NCBI RefSeq assembly: GCF_004010195.1
Contig: NC_057719.1
Span: 15,518,589 to 15,582,588, forward strand
Source of the DNA: Chiloscyllium plagiosum
Lineage: Eukaryota
Direction: 5' to 3'
Length of the DNA: 64,000 nucleotides
Shown here: positions 12,890-26,014 of the stretch, piece by piece
Layout: every line of letters begins with the position of its first letter
Numbering within the stretch: the first letter of the stretch is position 1
Program-made: the position numbers and the translations under genes
The notes under the pieces: model-generated
The model's database searches: none
What the model was told of the DNA's origin: nothing
Seen by the model: only the letters and a program-made list of their open reading frames with translations

Positions 12890-13900
12890 CAGAATGGAAT
12901 AAGAGTGATAGTAAGAAGTAACCTTGAAAATATGGAATCGATGTAGATGGAAGTCAGAAATAACAAGGGGAAGATGACACTGGTGGAAATCATCTATTAG
13001 CTCCTTTTAACAGAATCTATGCTGTAGATTGAGAATAATTCAGGAGATAATTTGTGTTTGTGAAAGAGCGGTATATTAATCATGTTTTTTTTTTAGTGTT
13101 GATTGGGGAAAATCAAATTGACAGAAGTAGTCAGAGGAGGAATTGAGAGAGTATATTTGGGACAGTTTCCTAGAACAATATGCTATCGTTCCGACCATGG
13201 ACCAGGTGATTTTGGATCTTATAATGTGTAATGAGCCAGGTTTGATAATTATCTCAGAGCAAAAGATCCCCTCTGAAACAGTGACCATAACACTGTAAAA
13301 ATTAGCTTCAGTTTGAGAGTGAGGATCTTGAGTTGGAAACAACTGTACTAAACTAAGGGTAATTACAAAAGAAGACTGGAGTGGACTGGGAAAGTAGCTT
13401 AGCAAAAAAGATGATTGTTGAACAACGGCAGATGTTTAGGTTAACCAATGATGTTGAAGATAGTATCAAATTGTCTGTATTTTTGTTCTTTCAATGAAGC
13501 AAAGGTTAGTAGTAAGCCAGAGGATTGGATAAATTTAGAAAAAGCCAACAAAAGAGGACCAAAAGAATTAATACTGAGGGAGGAAATAAATTGAGGTAAA
13601 CTGGTAAGAAATATCAAAATAGACAATAAGTTCTTTATAAATACAAAAAAGGTCGAGGCCAAAGTGAACATAAGATACTTAGATATTGGGATTGGGGGTA
13701 TAATGATGAGGAACCAGGGAACAGCAGGGGTAGAAGACATTAATAGCATTCCAAAAATACTAATTCAAGCGACAAAAGGAAGGGAACAAATAAGTACACA
13801 ATCACGAGAAGAAAAGTATTAAGGAAACTAATGGGAATTAGGGCTAACAAGTCTCTGGAATCTGATGGTTACCATTGTAGAATATGAGATAGTGGGTGTA
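12890..13900 (+). mobile_element. Old CR1 LINE, endonuclease and linker fragment
   Basis: Decayed matches to the CR1 copy at 38888-40500 (DSFLEQY, ILDLIMCNEPGLI, aacaagtctctggaatctgatgg). Confidence 0.75.
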
Positions 13901-14789
13901 AAAGTAATACAGGCATTGATACTTCATTAATTGGATTAGGGACCATGTGCTGAATCATATTAGTATACACTCTATAAACCTGTGGTGTCAGCCTCATTTT
14001 GTTTTGAAGGAAGTTATTACGCTGTGTTCCAGTTTGCCAACATTTTCCATTTCCAGAACTGATGTGCCTGATTCTCTGAATTTCAGGTATTCACAATTTC
14101 TCCACATCTCTTAAATGTTGCTTTAGTTGATTTTATTATCACTTTATCTATCATATCATGTTACTATCATTTCAATAATTTAGCCACATTCTGTTTTCCA
14201 TTTTAGTACTTTGAATGATGTTCTTTCTTTTTCTGTTCTTCTGTTCATGTGTTTCCTAGTTTTGATGAAGAGCCTATGCCTAAGTAACTTCTCTGTTTTC
14301 TCTACAGATGCTGGCAGAACAACTCAGTGTTCAAGACTTTGTTTTTCTTTCAGTTTTCAATACTTACAGTTCTTATTTTTGCTTTTTGTCAGAGTATTTT
14401 GACTGAGATACTTTCCAAAGTCCTTCGCAAACTTAAAATGATGTACCTCAACCCCAATAATCTTGAATGTGGATGTAAAAATTGAGTTTTGCCAGTACTC
14501 CGGAATCATCCAATTTGTAGAAGTCTTTTAGTGTTTGCTATTTGTAAGAAAAATGTAAATTCACTTTCTAACTTTGACTTGTCCCTGTGAAGCACATGTA
14601 TTACTTAAGTGTTTGCACATCTTGGTACTGGCAAGTAATGCTTATACTGTGAAAATCATTTGTAAAACCTGTGAACTATAATTTCATCGATGTAAAAGAT
14701 TGTTCTGTGTTCAGCTCAAAAGATGAACATTTCTGCTGGAAACACCAGAGGTTTCATTTTGCACTTTGTGAGGGTGCAATGTGAAAAAT

Positions 14790-15290
14790 ACATTTAGTCA
14801 AAGTTTTTCATCTTGCACTCATCAGGACAATTTGTAAAAATGTAAATAAAGAGGGAAGCAAACATTTATGCTGTATGCAAGGAAAGTGCAGATTGCTTGA
14901 CTAACTAAACGCTTAGACGGATTGTACTGGAGAATGCAACAGTAAACTGTGTAATACTGCCAAGCTTTACTTAAATCTTAAACCAGACTGACTGGTCAGG
15001 ACATTGTCTTGAGAAATGAACTAGTGAGTTACTGTCACTTATTTTGTTGATTCAGTGCTTCCATATATGCTATTTGCAAAGAATAGGTCCTTACATATTA
15101 ATACATGTAGTTTCCAGTACACACAGGTGCTGAACACAGAGCCTGGCGCAGTCCTAAGCTGGTTGTCGTTGTGATTCTTTGCACACTCAGGATTATCCAG
15201 CAAATGTTGTTGAATTGCAGAATCACATTGATGTTCAACATTGTGTTTAAAGTTTTACAAGCACAGGCTGGATAGGTACAATGAGTATCT
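14790..15290 (-). mobile_element. Old Penelope-like element fragment (third family)
   Basis: tcatcttgcactcatcaggac is the reverse complement of the hammerhead-like motif at 16364; flanks resemble 16090-16440 inverted. Confidence 0.5.
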
Positions 15291-15479
15291 TGTTTATTGC
15301 AATGGTCAATGAGATACGGTGTTTAATACGATAGACTGGCATCATACTAGCACTGAAATTCATAGAGCAAATTACTCATTTATGTGAGCATCATCTTGGC
15401 TTGAGAGCAGTGTCCTGTTCATGGCAAATACCTCCAATGTGACATGTATGCTTTGTGTGTACATAGGCAACAGTGTGCC

Positions 15480-15805
15480 CAAAGATCCTTTGATAGCACC
15501 TTCCAAACCCGCAACACTTCTATCCAGAAGGACAATAGCAACAGATACATGGGTATGCCACCTGCACATTATCCTCCAAGCCACCCCACCCTCCTGACTT
15601 GGAAGTGTAACACTGCGCCTTCACTGTCGCTGGATCAAAATCCTGGAATTCCCTTGCTATGGACATTATGGGTCTCCCTACAACACATGGACTGCAGCAG
15701 TTCAAAGAAGGCAGTCTCACCACTACCTTCTCGTAACAATTAGGGATGAGTAGTAAATGTTGGCCAGCCAGCGGCACCCATGTCCCATGAGTGAATTAAA
15801 AAATA
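15480..15805 (+). mobile_element. L2/CR1-clade LINE 3' end
   Basis: Tail aattagggatgagtagtaaatgttggccagccagcggcacccatgtcccatgagtgaat. Confidence 0.75.
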
Positions 15806-15877
15806 ACTAGCTTTACCTATTGTTCAAATTACTGATTTACTTTATTCTTAACATGAGTTGGACTGTGTACTTTTCAG

Positions 15878-15940
15878 GATTAAGAGGCCTTTGGGCCTTT
15901 CATGAATTTGTTCAAACTGCAACATTCTTATCTGATCAGG
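15878..15940 (+). other. Candidate internal exon (63 nt)
   Basis: Acceptor tacttttcag, donor gtaatg; open only in phase 1 (GLRGLWAFHEFVQTATFLSDQ), which fits the phase of 9364-9427. Confidence 0.4.
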
Positions 15941-16089
15941 GTAATGTTCTGTATTAATCTGCAGACTGGCTTTGACTTGCCCTGTTTCAAGGTCAAGCTG
16001 GCATGGTGAGCCAGTGTCTCAGACCACCATGTAATAAACGTGTATTGGACATTATATGTATTAATACAGAGGGACCTGTTAGAAAGAAT

Positions 16090-16440
16090 ATATGTACACG
16101 CACCACCTTTTTCAACTCAATAAAATAGCCCTCAGCCATTTTCTGGTTGATTTCTCATGTCAATCACTGACCAATCACTGTCAACTTGCCTAGTCAAAAA
16201 TGTAAACTGCCTGACAGTTAACAGTCAATTATTAAGAACTACTTACTGCATTCTCTGTGGCCTCCACTCAACCAGTCACAGCCCACTTGCCAATTAATTC
16301 ATACTATCCTTTCCAGCAGTAGAAATGTTGGTTTTCTCCTTTATTGGTATTCTTGTGAGCTATCCTGATGAGTGCAAGATGAAAAGCTTCAACGACTGTC
16401 TTTTTTCAGCAATATCCAATTCTATACTATCAAATGGCTA
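16090..16440 (+). mobile_element. Old Penelope-like terminal repeat with hammerhead-like motif
   Basis: CTGATGA-gtgcaagat-GAAAAGCTTC at 16365-16390; inverted relative of 14790-15290. Confidence 0.5.
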
Positions 16441-16809
16441 AAGATTGGTTTTGTTCAACAAGATGTAACTGAACCATTTAATATAAAAATTAAAAGAGCA
16501 AAGGTTGATGGAAGAGAGAGTGTGGAGGTGGCATAGGGCTTTGATGGCATACAGATAAAAATGTTGAGGTACATTACCAACACAATAATAGAAACTCTGA
16601 TTACAGTCTTCCTGACATCCTTAGCTATACATTTGCCAGAGGGCTATCAATGTAACAAATGTGCTGAAGATGAGAAGTTGAAATAAACTGGATATGCTTG
16701 AAATAGTTGTCCTAAGACAATATAAAATCTACACCTAGAAAGATAGGGCTTAAATAAGCAAAAAGATCAAGACTATTTAACAAATGTCAGCCTGAGGAAA
16801 ATATTTAAA

Positions 16810-17295
16810 ATTTTTGTGAAGATCTGTAGCTTGGAAGCCAGTTGAATTCATTGTTGGTCTGTTCGCTGAGCTGGTAGGTTTGTTGGCAGACGGTTTGACC
16901 CCTTTCTAGGTGACATCATCAGTGTTGTGTTGTCTCCTGTGAAGCGCTGCTGTACTGAATTTGAATTAACGTAGTTCTGTTTGAGCTGTTTCTGGTTGGT
17001 GCCGGTTCCGGTTTTCCACTTCAGCGGTTTGTATATTGGGTCCAGGTCAATGCGCTTGTTAATGGAGTCCAAGGAAGGGTACCATGCTTCCAGGAATTCC
17101 CTTGCTGTTCTTTGTTTAGCCTGTCCTATCATGTCGCTTGGTTGCTAGTAGGTGTTCATGGATACAGGTCACTGGTTGCCTGCCAAGCTAGCAACCAAGC
17201 AACATGACTAAGTCTCCCTGGTATCCATGCACACGGACAACACAAACCATGAGTTTGACTGGGACAATACAACAATAATAGGATAGGCCAAAAAA
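16810..17295 (-). mobile_element. Poseidon-type Penelope 3' end with a small inverted segment
   Basis: ORF IGQAKQRTAREFLEAWY...IDLDPIYKPL; 17187-17295 is a + strand piece of the same GIY-YIG region. Confidence 0.85.
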
Positions 17296-17639
17296 AGAAT
17301 GGGAAGGGATAATTAGTGGTGTGGGGGGAGATAATTGTAGAATTCTTTTTGATCCCTCTAAGTGATTAAAGCTTTTTAAGGGGAATAATTCATATTGTAC
17401 ATGTATTATTTATGAGGTGAACTTGGTCCCAGTCAGAAACAGCTCCATCAACCTATCCTGCTTGAAAATTCTTTAGGGCACTGGTTAGCAATGGGCATGG
17501 TCTGGAGAGTGCATTTAAAGAACTGAGGGAGATATGTAGATTATCTTTTTTTTAATAACACAAAAGTTCAGCTTCCTGAGACAGTGAAACATGACCAAAA
17601 ATTACATAAGATATAACATTTAAAAATCTGTTTTTGTAG

Positions 17640-17703
17640 GTGATGTGGAGTCAAAGACCAGACATCATGGAGGGAATCAGAAAGATGTTGCAAGATGAAA
17701 CAG
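17640..17703 (+). other. Candidate internal exon (64 nt)
   Basis: Acceptor tctgtttttgtag, donor CAG|gtaggt; open frame VMWSQRPDIMEGIRKMLQDET. Confidence 0.45.
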
Positions 17704-17929
17704 GTAGGTAGTGTAGCCAGATTCATCAGCAGGGAAGTGCAACCCAGGATGTTGGAATTTATTGAAAATTATTAAATGGCTTTACTCTTTAATATCCTCA
17801 GATTAAGAGTAAAATTTAGAGTGATTGACTTAATTATTGCCATGTAAAGTTATTCCATTTAAAACAAAGTCTAAATGCACAGTCAGGCGCATGTCCTGTT
17901 CCGTGGAAAGATCCAACCCCATCTTTACT

Positions 17930-18757
17930 GCAAAGGGACCTTGATCAGATGGGCAAATGGACCAAGGCATGGCAGATGTGTTTGATATAGATAAATGTGA
18001 GGTGCTGCAATCAGGGCAGGATTTATCCACATAATGATAAGGTCCTGGGGAGTGTTGCCAAACAAAGCAAGTCATAGTTTCTTGAAAGTGAGTCGCAGGT
18101 CAACAGGGTGGTGAAGGTGGTGTTTGGTATTATTGGTCAGTGCATTGAGTATAGGAGTTCAGAGGTCATGTTGCAGCTGTGCAGGATGTCGGTTAAGCCA
18201 GTTTTGGAATACTGCGTTCAATTCTGGTCTCCCTGGTGGAGGAAAGATGTTGTGAAACTTAAATGGGTTCAGAAATGGTTTACAAGAATGTTGCTGAGAT
18301 TGGAGGGTTTGAGCTATAAGGTGCAGCTGAATAGGCTGGGGCTATTTTTCTTGGAGCGTTGGAGGCTGAGGGGTCTCCGAATAGAAGTTTATAAAATCAT
18401 GAGGGGCATGGGTAGGATGAATAGTCAAGGTCTTTTTCCCCAGTGTAAGTGAGTCCAAAACTAGATGGCAAAGGTTTAAAAGTGGGGGAAAGATACAAAA
18501 GGGCTCTAAGAGGCAACTTTTTCACACAGAGGATGGTGCATGTATGGAATGAACTGCCAGACGAAGTGATGGAGGCTGGTACAATTGCAACATTTAAAAG
18601 GCATCTAGATGGGTATATAATTAGGAAGGGTTTAGAGGGTAATGGGTCAAATGCTGACAAATGGGACTAGGTTAATTTAGGATATCTGGTTGGCAAGGAC
18701 AAGTTGGACAAAAGGGTCTGTTTCTGGGCTGTACATCTGTGAGAGTCTATAACTCTA
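17930..18757 (+). mobile_element. CR1 (HER1-like) LINE 3' fragment
   Basis: LEYCVQFWSP, RLGLFFLERWRLRG, NFFTQRMVHVWNELP; CR1 tail. Confidence 0.93.
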
Positions 18758-20781
18758 TTGTATTAAATAAGAGATAGAGAGAGACACATATATGTATCAC
18801 ACACACACAAGTTTATGTTCATAAGGTAACAGCAAAGTAAATGACTCAGTTTCGCTCTTGTCTCTTACTTTAGAAAGTTATTGGTTTGTGGAGGCCATTA
18901 GAACAGAGTCATGTTAGATTAAAAACAACAGAGAGACACTGAGTTATATTTCAGCCTAATGCTAAATATCCAATCTCATTGCATAGACATGTTCAGGTGA
19001 AGTAGATAAGATGACCCTGCCAAACTGCTACTGCATATGTCTCAACATCTAGTTGGAAGTATCAGTGATTCAGGAGCAGTCTGTCTGCTCTGTTCTCTTG
19101 GTTGCAACAATGCACCAGGAGGGAGGATGGCTTCCTGCTGTGAATTGCAACAGCGTAAAGAGAATGTTCTTTATTGAAGAATAAAACAGCTTCAACATTG
19201 TTCAAACCACCATTGTCCAGTGGCAAAGAATGTTGGAATGTGGGGGAAATTCCAATTGCCTCACTGACCACACTGAGTTCTTGATCTTGGATGTTGAATC
19301 AGTGATGTAGTAGTATTTAAAATCATTAATTGTTTCTGTCAAAATCAAGGACACAGATATAAGATGATCAGCAAAAAGAATCCGAGGCAACATGAGGAAA
19401 CTCAATGAGTTCTCGAATGCACTACCTGAAAGGGTGATGGTAGTAGATTCAAAAGAGAATTGGATAAATAACAGGATGAATAAAACAATGTGGCACTATG
19501 GAAAAGAACAGTGAATAGAATTAATTGGATAATTCATCCAACGCAGGAAGACAGCGTTCTCAGCTAGTAAATGGGGTGCATTGGTTAATATATCGTTGTA
19601 TGCGACTATTGGACCTCAACGAGCCAACATTTTAATCAAGATTGAATATGTAATGTTAATTCTTTTTAAGAAGATCCATGTTCTAGAGCTACTTATGGAT
19701 ACTGCACCCCGGAGGATAAAACATCCGCAAATGATTTTTATAAGGCTAATCAAATGCAAAAACTTTCTTTTTAAGGTCACAGTAATATTGCAGTTGTTAA
19801 TTCCCCTCTATGAATGCCTGCATGATCCAGTAATATAAGGCACATAATCTCTTGACCAAAAGCAATAGCAGATATAAAACACCAGAAGAAGAGCTCAAAA
19901 CTGAGACTTTTTTGATTTAAGTATGGTGTAACCAAGGTGGGTAGATGTGTTTAAGATGTATGAGAAGGTAAGACATGATCTAATTGAACAATGGAATATG
20001 CTCAAGAGATTAACTATTTTGCTCCTATACTGAAGTTCTACTTCTGGGTATCCAGTAAACTCACATGGAATGTTGGATATTATTTTGTCATTCATCTATT
20101 ACTTGTGAAATTGGACCTAGGGTTTCAGTTTTAATTACAGTTTGCATTTTGTGCTTAAAATGGGTCTAGATTTAAAAAGCACATTGAAAGCTCAGTGTAA
20201 CAAAAGGCTAATTCTATTTTCTGCAATGTAAAATAAATATTTTTTAAAAAAAGCATAACCTGTTGTCTCTTTATCTGCAAACATTGAATTCTGTGGTATC
20301 TCAATGACTTTGAAGAACTAATATCATTCCAAGTGACCACTATCAATTGAATCCAGTTGCAGTTACACATTATTAAAACCATAAAGTATGGAACCAGGGT
20401 CACGCTGTTTGATCCTTGAACCTGCTCTGCCATTCATTAAAATTATGGTTGATCTGACATTCCTCACATCCACTTTCCTGCCTTTTCCCCATAACATTTG
20501 ATTCCCCTTCAGAACAAGAATTTATCTATCTCAGTTTTAAATATACAAAAGGACTCTGCCCACAGTTCTCTGTGGCAAGCAGTTTCAGAGACTGTCAACC
20601 ATCTGAGAGAAGGTCTTCCTCATTGCATCCCTTCACTATGCCCTTTGGTCCTAGACAGTATCGTTTCAGCATTTACTCTGTCAGGCCCCTTATGAATCCT
20701 ATCTATTTCAACAAGCTCACCTCTCATTCTTCTAAACCACATTGAGTAGAGTCCCAACCGGTTTAATCTTTGCTCATAACG

Positions 20782-20985
20782 CAGTCCATTTCTGCATACC
20801 TTGACATGGTCCTGTCCCCCTTAGTCCAAGAACTCCCCACCTACGTTCGGGACACCACCCACACCCTCCATCTCATCCATGATTTTCGCTTCCCCGGCCC
20901 CCAATACCTTCACCATGGACATCCAGTCCCTATACACCTCCATCCCCCATCACGAAGGCCTCAAAGCCCTCCGCTTCTTCCTTTA
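20782..20985 (+). mobile_element. Penelope-like (Neptune-type) RT fragment
   Basis: ISAYLDMVLSPLVQELPTYVRDT..., then frameshifted FTMDIQSLYTSIPHHEGLKALRFF. Confidence 0.85.
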
Positions 20986-21409
20986 CCAAAGTGCATGACC
21001 TCACACTTCCAACGTTGTATTCCATCTGCCACTTTGCCCACTCTCCTAGCCTGCCCAAATTCTTCTGCAGCCTCCCTACCTCCTCAATACTACCTGTCTT
21101 TGTGTATTATCTGCAAACTTATCCAGAAATACCTCAAAATCCATAACTTGTTTTTATTAAGTGGCCTTTCACTTTTCCAAATTTCAAGATACAAGCTTAT
21201 CCTGTTCAATCTTTCCTCATAGGACAACCCACTGACTCCAGCAATTAGTTTAGTAAACCTCTGAACTGTTTCCAATACATTTACATCCTTCATTAAATCA
21301 GGAGACCGATCACTGCATGTAGTCCTCAAGATCTAGTCTCATCAATCCCATGTATAATTGAAGTATCACCTTTTTGTGTTCAATTTCCCTCAAAAATGAT
21401 AAAATCTCC

Positions 21410-21545
21410 AGTTCTGAAGAAGGGCCACTGGAATTGAAATGTTAACTCTGCTTTCTCTGCACATGTGCTATCAGATCTGCTGAGTTTCTCCAGCAATTCC
21501 TGTTTTTGTTTCAGATTTCCAGCATCTGCAGTTCTTTATATTTTA
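21410..21545 (+). mobile_element. Penelope-like pLTR fragment
   Basis: agttctgaagaagggccactggaattgaaatgttaact...ctgctgagtttctccagc...cagcatctgcagt. Confidence 0.7.
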
Positions 21546-21816
21546 GTATAACATTCTGTTAGCTTTTCTAAGTACCGGTTGTACAAACAGATCAACTTTC
21601 TGAGATTTCCACACGAGAACTCCCAAGTATTTCTGCATCTCAGAATTCTACAGTCTCTTAATATTTAGATAACTACGTTTATTTTTCCTGCCAAAATTTT
21701 ACATTTTCCTGCATTATACACGATTTCCCAGATCTTTTTCTCTTCACATAACCTAACAATATCCCTTTGTAGCCTCATGTCTTGTTCTCAACCTAGTGTT
21801 CTATCTATCTTTGCTG

Positions 21817-22116
21817 ATTAGATTAGATTACATTACATTACAGTGTGGAAACAGGCCCTTCGGGCCAACAAGTCCACACCGACCCGCCGAAGCGAAACCC
21901 ACCCATACCCCTACATTTACCCCTTACCTAACACTACGGGCAATTCACCTGACCCTACACATCTTTTGGACTGTGGGAGGAAACCGGAGCACCCGGAGGA
22001 AACCCACGCAGACATGGGGAGAACGTGCAAACTCCACACAGTCAGTCGCCTGAGGCAGGAATTGAACCCGGGTCTCAGGCGCTGTGAGGCAGCAGTGCTA
22101 ACCACCGTGCCGCCCA
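21817..22116 (-). mobile_element. HE1/V-SINE-like SINE, near full length
   Basis: Reverse strand: tRNA-like A/B boxes (ggtggttagcact; gggttcaattcc), V-domain-like core tgtgtggagtttgcacgttctcccc...ggtttcctcccacagtcc, CR1-type tail. Confidence 0.9.
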
Positions 22117-22244
22117 CATTGCTGATGATACATTTCACAAACATACTTCCAGCTGTAAAGCCTGGGTTGTCATTGAACCTGTGTAAGACATTTAGATAAT
22201 GATCCTGCAAATATTTTGTGTCTGTCAGTATTCATCTGTCAATC

Positions 22245-22550
22245 ATTGAATCCCTACAGTGTGGAAACAGGCCCTTTGGCCTAATAAGTCCACACTGACT
22301 CTCCGAAGAATAATCCATCCAGACCCATTCCCCTACCCTATAACTACCCATACCTAATGCATCTAAGCTACACATCCTTGAACACGATGGGTAATTTAGC
22401 ATAGCAAAATTCACCTAACCTGAACTGTGGGAGGAAACCTACGCAGACACAGGGAGAATGTGCAAACACCACACGGACAGTCACCTGAGGCTGAAATCGA
22501 ACCTGGGACCCTGGCGCTGTGAGGCAGCAGTGCTAACCACTGAGCCACCT
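22245..22550 (-). mobile_element. HE1/V-SINE-like SINE
   Basis: Same head, core and tail as 21817-22116. Confidence 0.88.
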
Positions 22551-23399
22551 TAAGCCCTGTAAAGGCCTACACTACAACAGATCTCCAAATAATGATTTCG
22601 GTATTCATGGAACGAATACAGTAGTACACTGCCCCCTAGGGAATCTGGCCAAACATTCGTGCTCTATAGCAGAAATGTCAAAAAGGAACTAAAAATGAAG
22701 ACCAATGCCATAGCTTTTTCTACAGACCCCATGTTAGCAATTGGGAATATGATCACTTGGTTCTGGTCATGTGCAATGTGGTTCAAAACAACAAAGGTAT
22801 GTATATATATTCTATGGTTTTAATTAAATTGTATGTGTGGCCTGGATTTCATCTTTTTTCAAAAGAAAATTGAAGACTTAGCCAGCTCAAGAATGGCGCT
22901 CACTTGGAAAAGATCATTTTCATAAACAAATAGTCATATATGATCAACAAATATGACAATAGGGAAGATAGACAAATACTTTACAAAGAGTTGGGGAATA
23001 TGCCTCATGATGTCTTGTTGTGGCATACACAACTCATAGTTACTTTGACTAACACTGGGGATATTTCCTTTAATGCCCATTCCCCTAGGATTAATCAAAG
23101 TAGTTACAAGTTGTATGTGCCACAATGGGGATGCTATGATGCATATCTCCCATCCTTTTGTAAAGTATTTAATTTTCCATGTGATTTAAATATGAAAGTG
23201 ATTCAAATGAAAAATAATGATAGTTTAATGAGAAGAAAGACTTGCACAACTCTTAAGTTACTGTTGAAATCATTCCATTTTAGATTGAATGATTCTATTG
23301 GACGTGCATTTAGAATCTTTGCTCCATCAGTATCTTAAAAATGAAAAAACGTTCAAAGAAATCTGGGTGTTGTCTTCAAGAATAAATCATAAATTATCC

Positions 23400-23702
23400 A
23401 GGGGCATAGCCTCAAAATATGGGGAAGCAGATTTAGGACTGAGTTGACTACTTCACTGAGTTAGGACTTCTTCATCCAAAGAGTTGTGAATCTGTATCTC
23501 CCTGCTCAGTGAAGCAGTTGAGGCTACCTTGTAATGTTTTTAAGCCAAAGATAGATTTTTGAACAGTAGAGGAATTAAGGGTTATGGTGAGCGGGTGGGT
23601 AATTGGAGCGGAGTATATGAAAAGCTCAGTCGTGATCTTATTAAATGGCGGAGCAGGCTCGATGGGTCAGATGGCCTTCTCCTGCTGCTATCTGTTATGT
23701 TC
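23400..23702 (+). mobile_element. CR1 LINE 3' tail (older subfamily)
   Basis: ttcttcatccaaagagttgtgaatctg...aatggcggagcaggctcgatggg...ttatgttctt. Confidence 0.8.
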
Positions 23703-24260
23703 TTGTATTTTTAGTATCCAGATTTTATGTTCTATATAACTGGTGATGTACTTGATCCTGTTGCTCTGAGTTAACCTGTTGCTCTGGTTAAAGAATATAG
23801 GTGCATGATCAATCCTTTATCCATTGGTGACACTGCATGCAAGACACCAGCTTTTGCTACCACATTATTTCCATAATTTCTGCATGCAGTTAGGACTCCC
23901 CATCATGCTGATGCATCAGTAGGATGCCCAATATCACCAGTGCTCAGTACAACAAATCTAACCTGCCCTCTTAAAGCAAATGCTGTTGTTCTGGCTGGAG
24001 GTGCTGAGATTCATTGGGAGTAGCTTCCCATACTAAATAAAACACAGCAACGGCTGACCATTGTGAGATAATTGAGACCCAGTGTTTTGGGATACTGCAC
24101 TGGAGATCTTTGTTAAAGTGATGGAGAGATAATGACAGAGATCAAGGATGTATGAACAAGTTTAATGATCAAAATTAGTGAATGTATCTTTAAACGATAT
24201 ACTACAAATGACACCACTAGCTTCTGTCACTACTGAATTCACCAATTCCCACCTCATACT

Positions 24261-24681
24261 AATACTGAGATAAAATTGGGCTCTATAGCACCTATAGCCC
24301 TTAAATGTTGGAAATATCAACTGACATGGTTAGAAAAAAAAGGAGACCCTAACTTCCCTACTCACCAATCTCTCAGGTTTTCATTCTGTTTCAGATGCAT
24401 TCCATAACAACTGTACCCTTATACACACTACTGAGATAAGTGAGACTTCTGGCCATTATAGAACTGACCTAAACGAGTTACTTAATTAACCAAACCTGCC
24501 TATTCTCCAGTAGAGAGTTTGTTTAACCTTGCCCAAACCTGGAAGAGAGTTAATACTCAAGGCAGCTTACAAAACTGATGTTCAGCAGACTATCCATTGG
24601 AAATGTCACCATGCATCGGACAGTATTTCCAACATTTAAGGGCTCAATGGGCACTACAGAGCCCAATTTCATCTCAATATT
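24261..24681. mobile_element. TIR-bounded non-autonomous element (MITE/foldback)
   Basis: About 55 bp imperfect terminal inverted repeats (24261-24316 vs 24624-24681). Confidence 0.7.
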
Positions 24682-24937
24682 TTTAATGTAATAACATACT
24701 CAGCAATATATTGTACATTAATTGGACCTAAATCGAAACACATTAGAATTGTTAAAATAAGTAGATAGTTATTGTATTTAGACTTTATTCCTGGCTCGTG
24801 ATTGAAATACATTGAATTCAGATAGATTGGATTTATGTAATCAGGCATTTCAGAACAGAGCCGGTGAAAAAGTGTAGCAGCCACTAGGTGGCAGATTGAA
24901 CCACCAAACTTCTCATTGTTGCCTTGTTTCTTTGTAG

Positions 24938-24975
24938 ATTGCAGCGACATTGTGAAGAATCTAGATGTGCCAACA
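24938..24975 (+). other. Candidate internal exon (38 nt)
   Basis: Strong acceptor ccttgtttctttgtag, weak donor gtattt; continues 17640-17703 in frame as (D)CSDIVKNLDVPT. Confidence 0.3.
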
Positions 24976-26014
24976 GTATTTACAGTGTTAATTTTTAATG
25001 TTAACCATTGTTTTATTGTATGTCTACGTGGAAAGGTAAAGATAGGGTTTAATCTGCACCTTACCCAAGATGTATCTGATCCATTAATACAATTGTATGC
25101 AGTTAACAGTTAGGAGCAGGAGGAGGCTACTCAACCCTTCAACTTTCCTCTGCCATTCAATAAGATCATGAGTGGTTTTTTGACTCCATTTAGTGCGTAC
25201 CTGTTACAACCTTCATCCCTTTGCTTATCAAGAATGAATTCAGTCTAAAGAACTAGAATCCTTCAGTTTGATAAAAGCAAATATTAACATACAAATATAA
25301 ATTATAACAACTGTCTGTTTCTACGCTTTATATATCCATTAAAACAAAATGTGCAAAACTCCCTCTGTTAATGGTGATCAAGTCCATCGAAAATACTTCA
25401 ATTTTCAATTGCAATAATGACAGAGGCAAGTGATTTGTTAGGCATGGTATCCCATGAATTTTACCTGATGCTGCAGTTTCCTAAGTCAATTTCACTCCAC
25501 CCATACCCTCCAACATAACTCTGGCCATTGTTTTGAGTCCATTGTTCTGGCTGTCTGTACTTGCCTAATGTTAAAAGAAACTTTCAACTTGTTCATAAGA
25601 CATAGGAACAGAAATTAGGCCATTCAGCCCATCAAGTCTGCTCCACCATTCAATCATGGCTGATTAGTTTCTCAACCCCATTCTCCTGCTTTCTCCCTGT
25701 TACCCTTGATTCCCTTGACAATCAAGAATCAATCTATCTCCGTCTTAAACAGACAGCCTTCTGTAGCAATGAATTCAATAGATTCACCACTCTCCGGCTG
25801 AAGAAGTGTCTTCTTATCTCCATTCTGAAAGGATCTACCCTTCACTGTGCACTCAGGTCCCAGTCTCTCCTTCCAATGGAAACATCTTCTCAACATCTAC
25901 TCTGTGCAGGAAATATGCAACAGTTGCTATCACAAAAATCTACTTTTAGTTCTATGTGATGCCAGTTTATTAAATTTTAACCTAAAATGAACTAGATATG
26001 AATAAAAAGTACTT

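Noticed and set aside
14057..14086. 30-nt exon-like segment (ttccag...CAG|gtattc)
   Set aside because: Its only open phase is incompatible with the neighbouring candidate exons; may be chance
21817..22116. tRNA gene
   Set aside because: The A/B boxes belong to a SINE head; no complete cloverleaf
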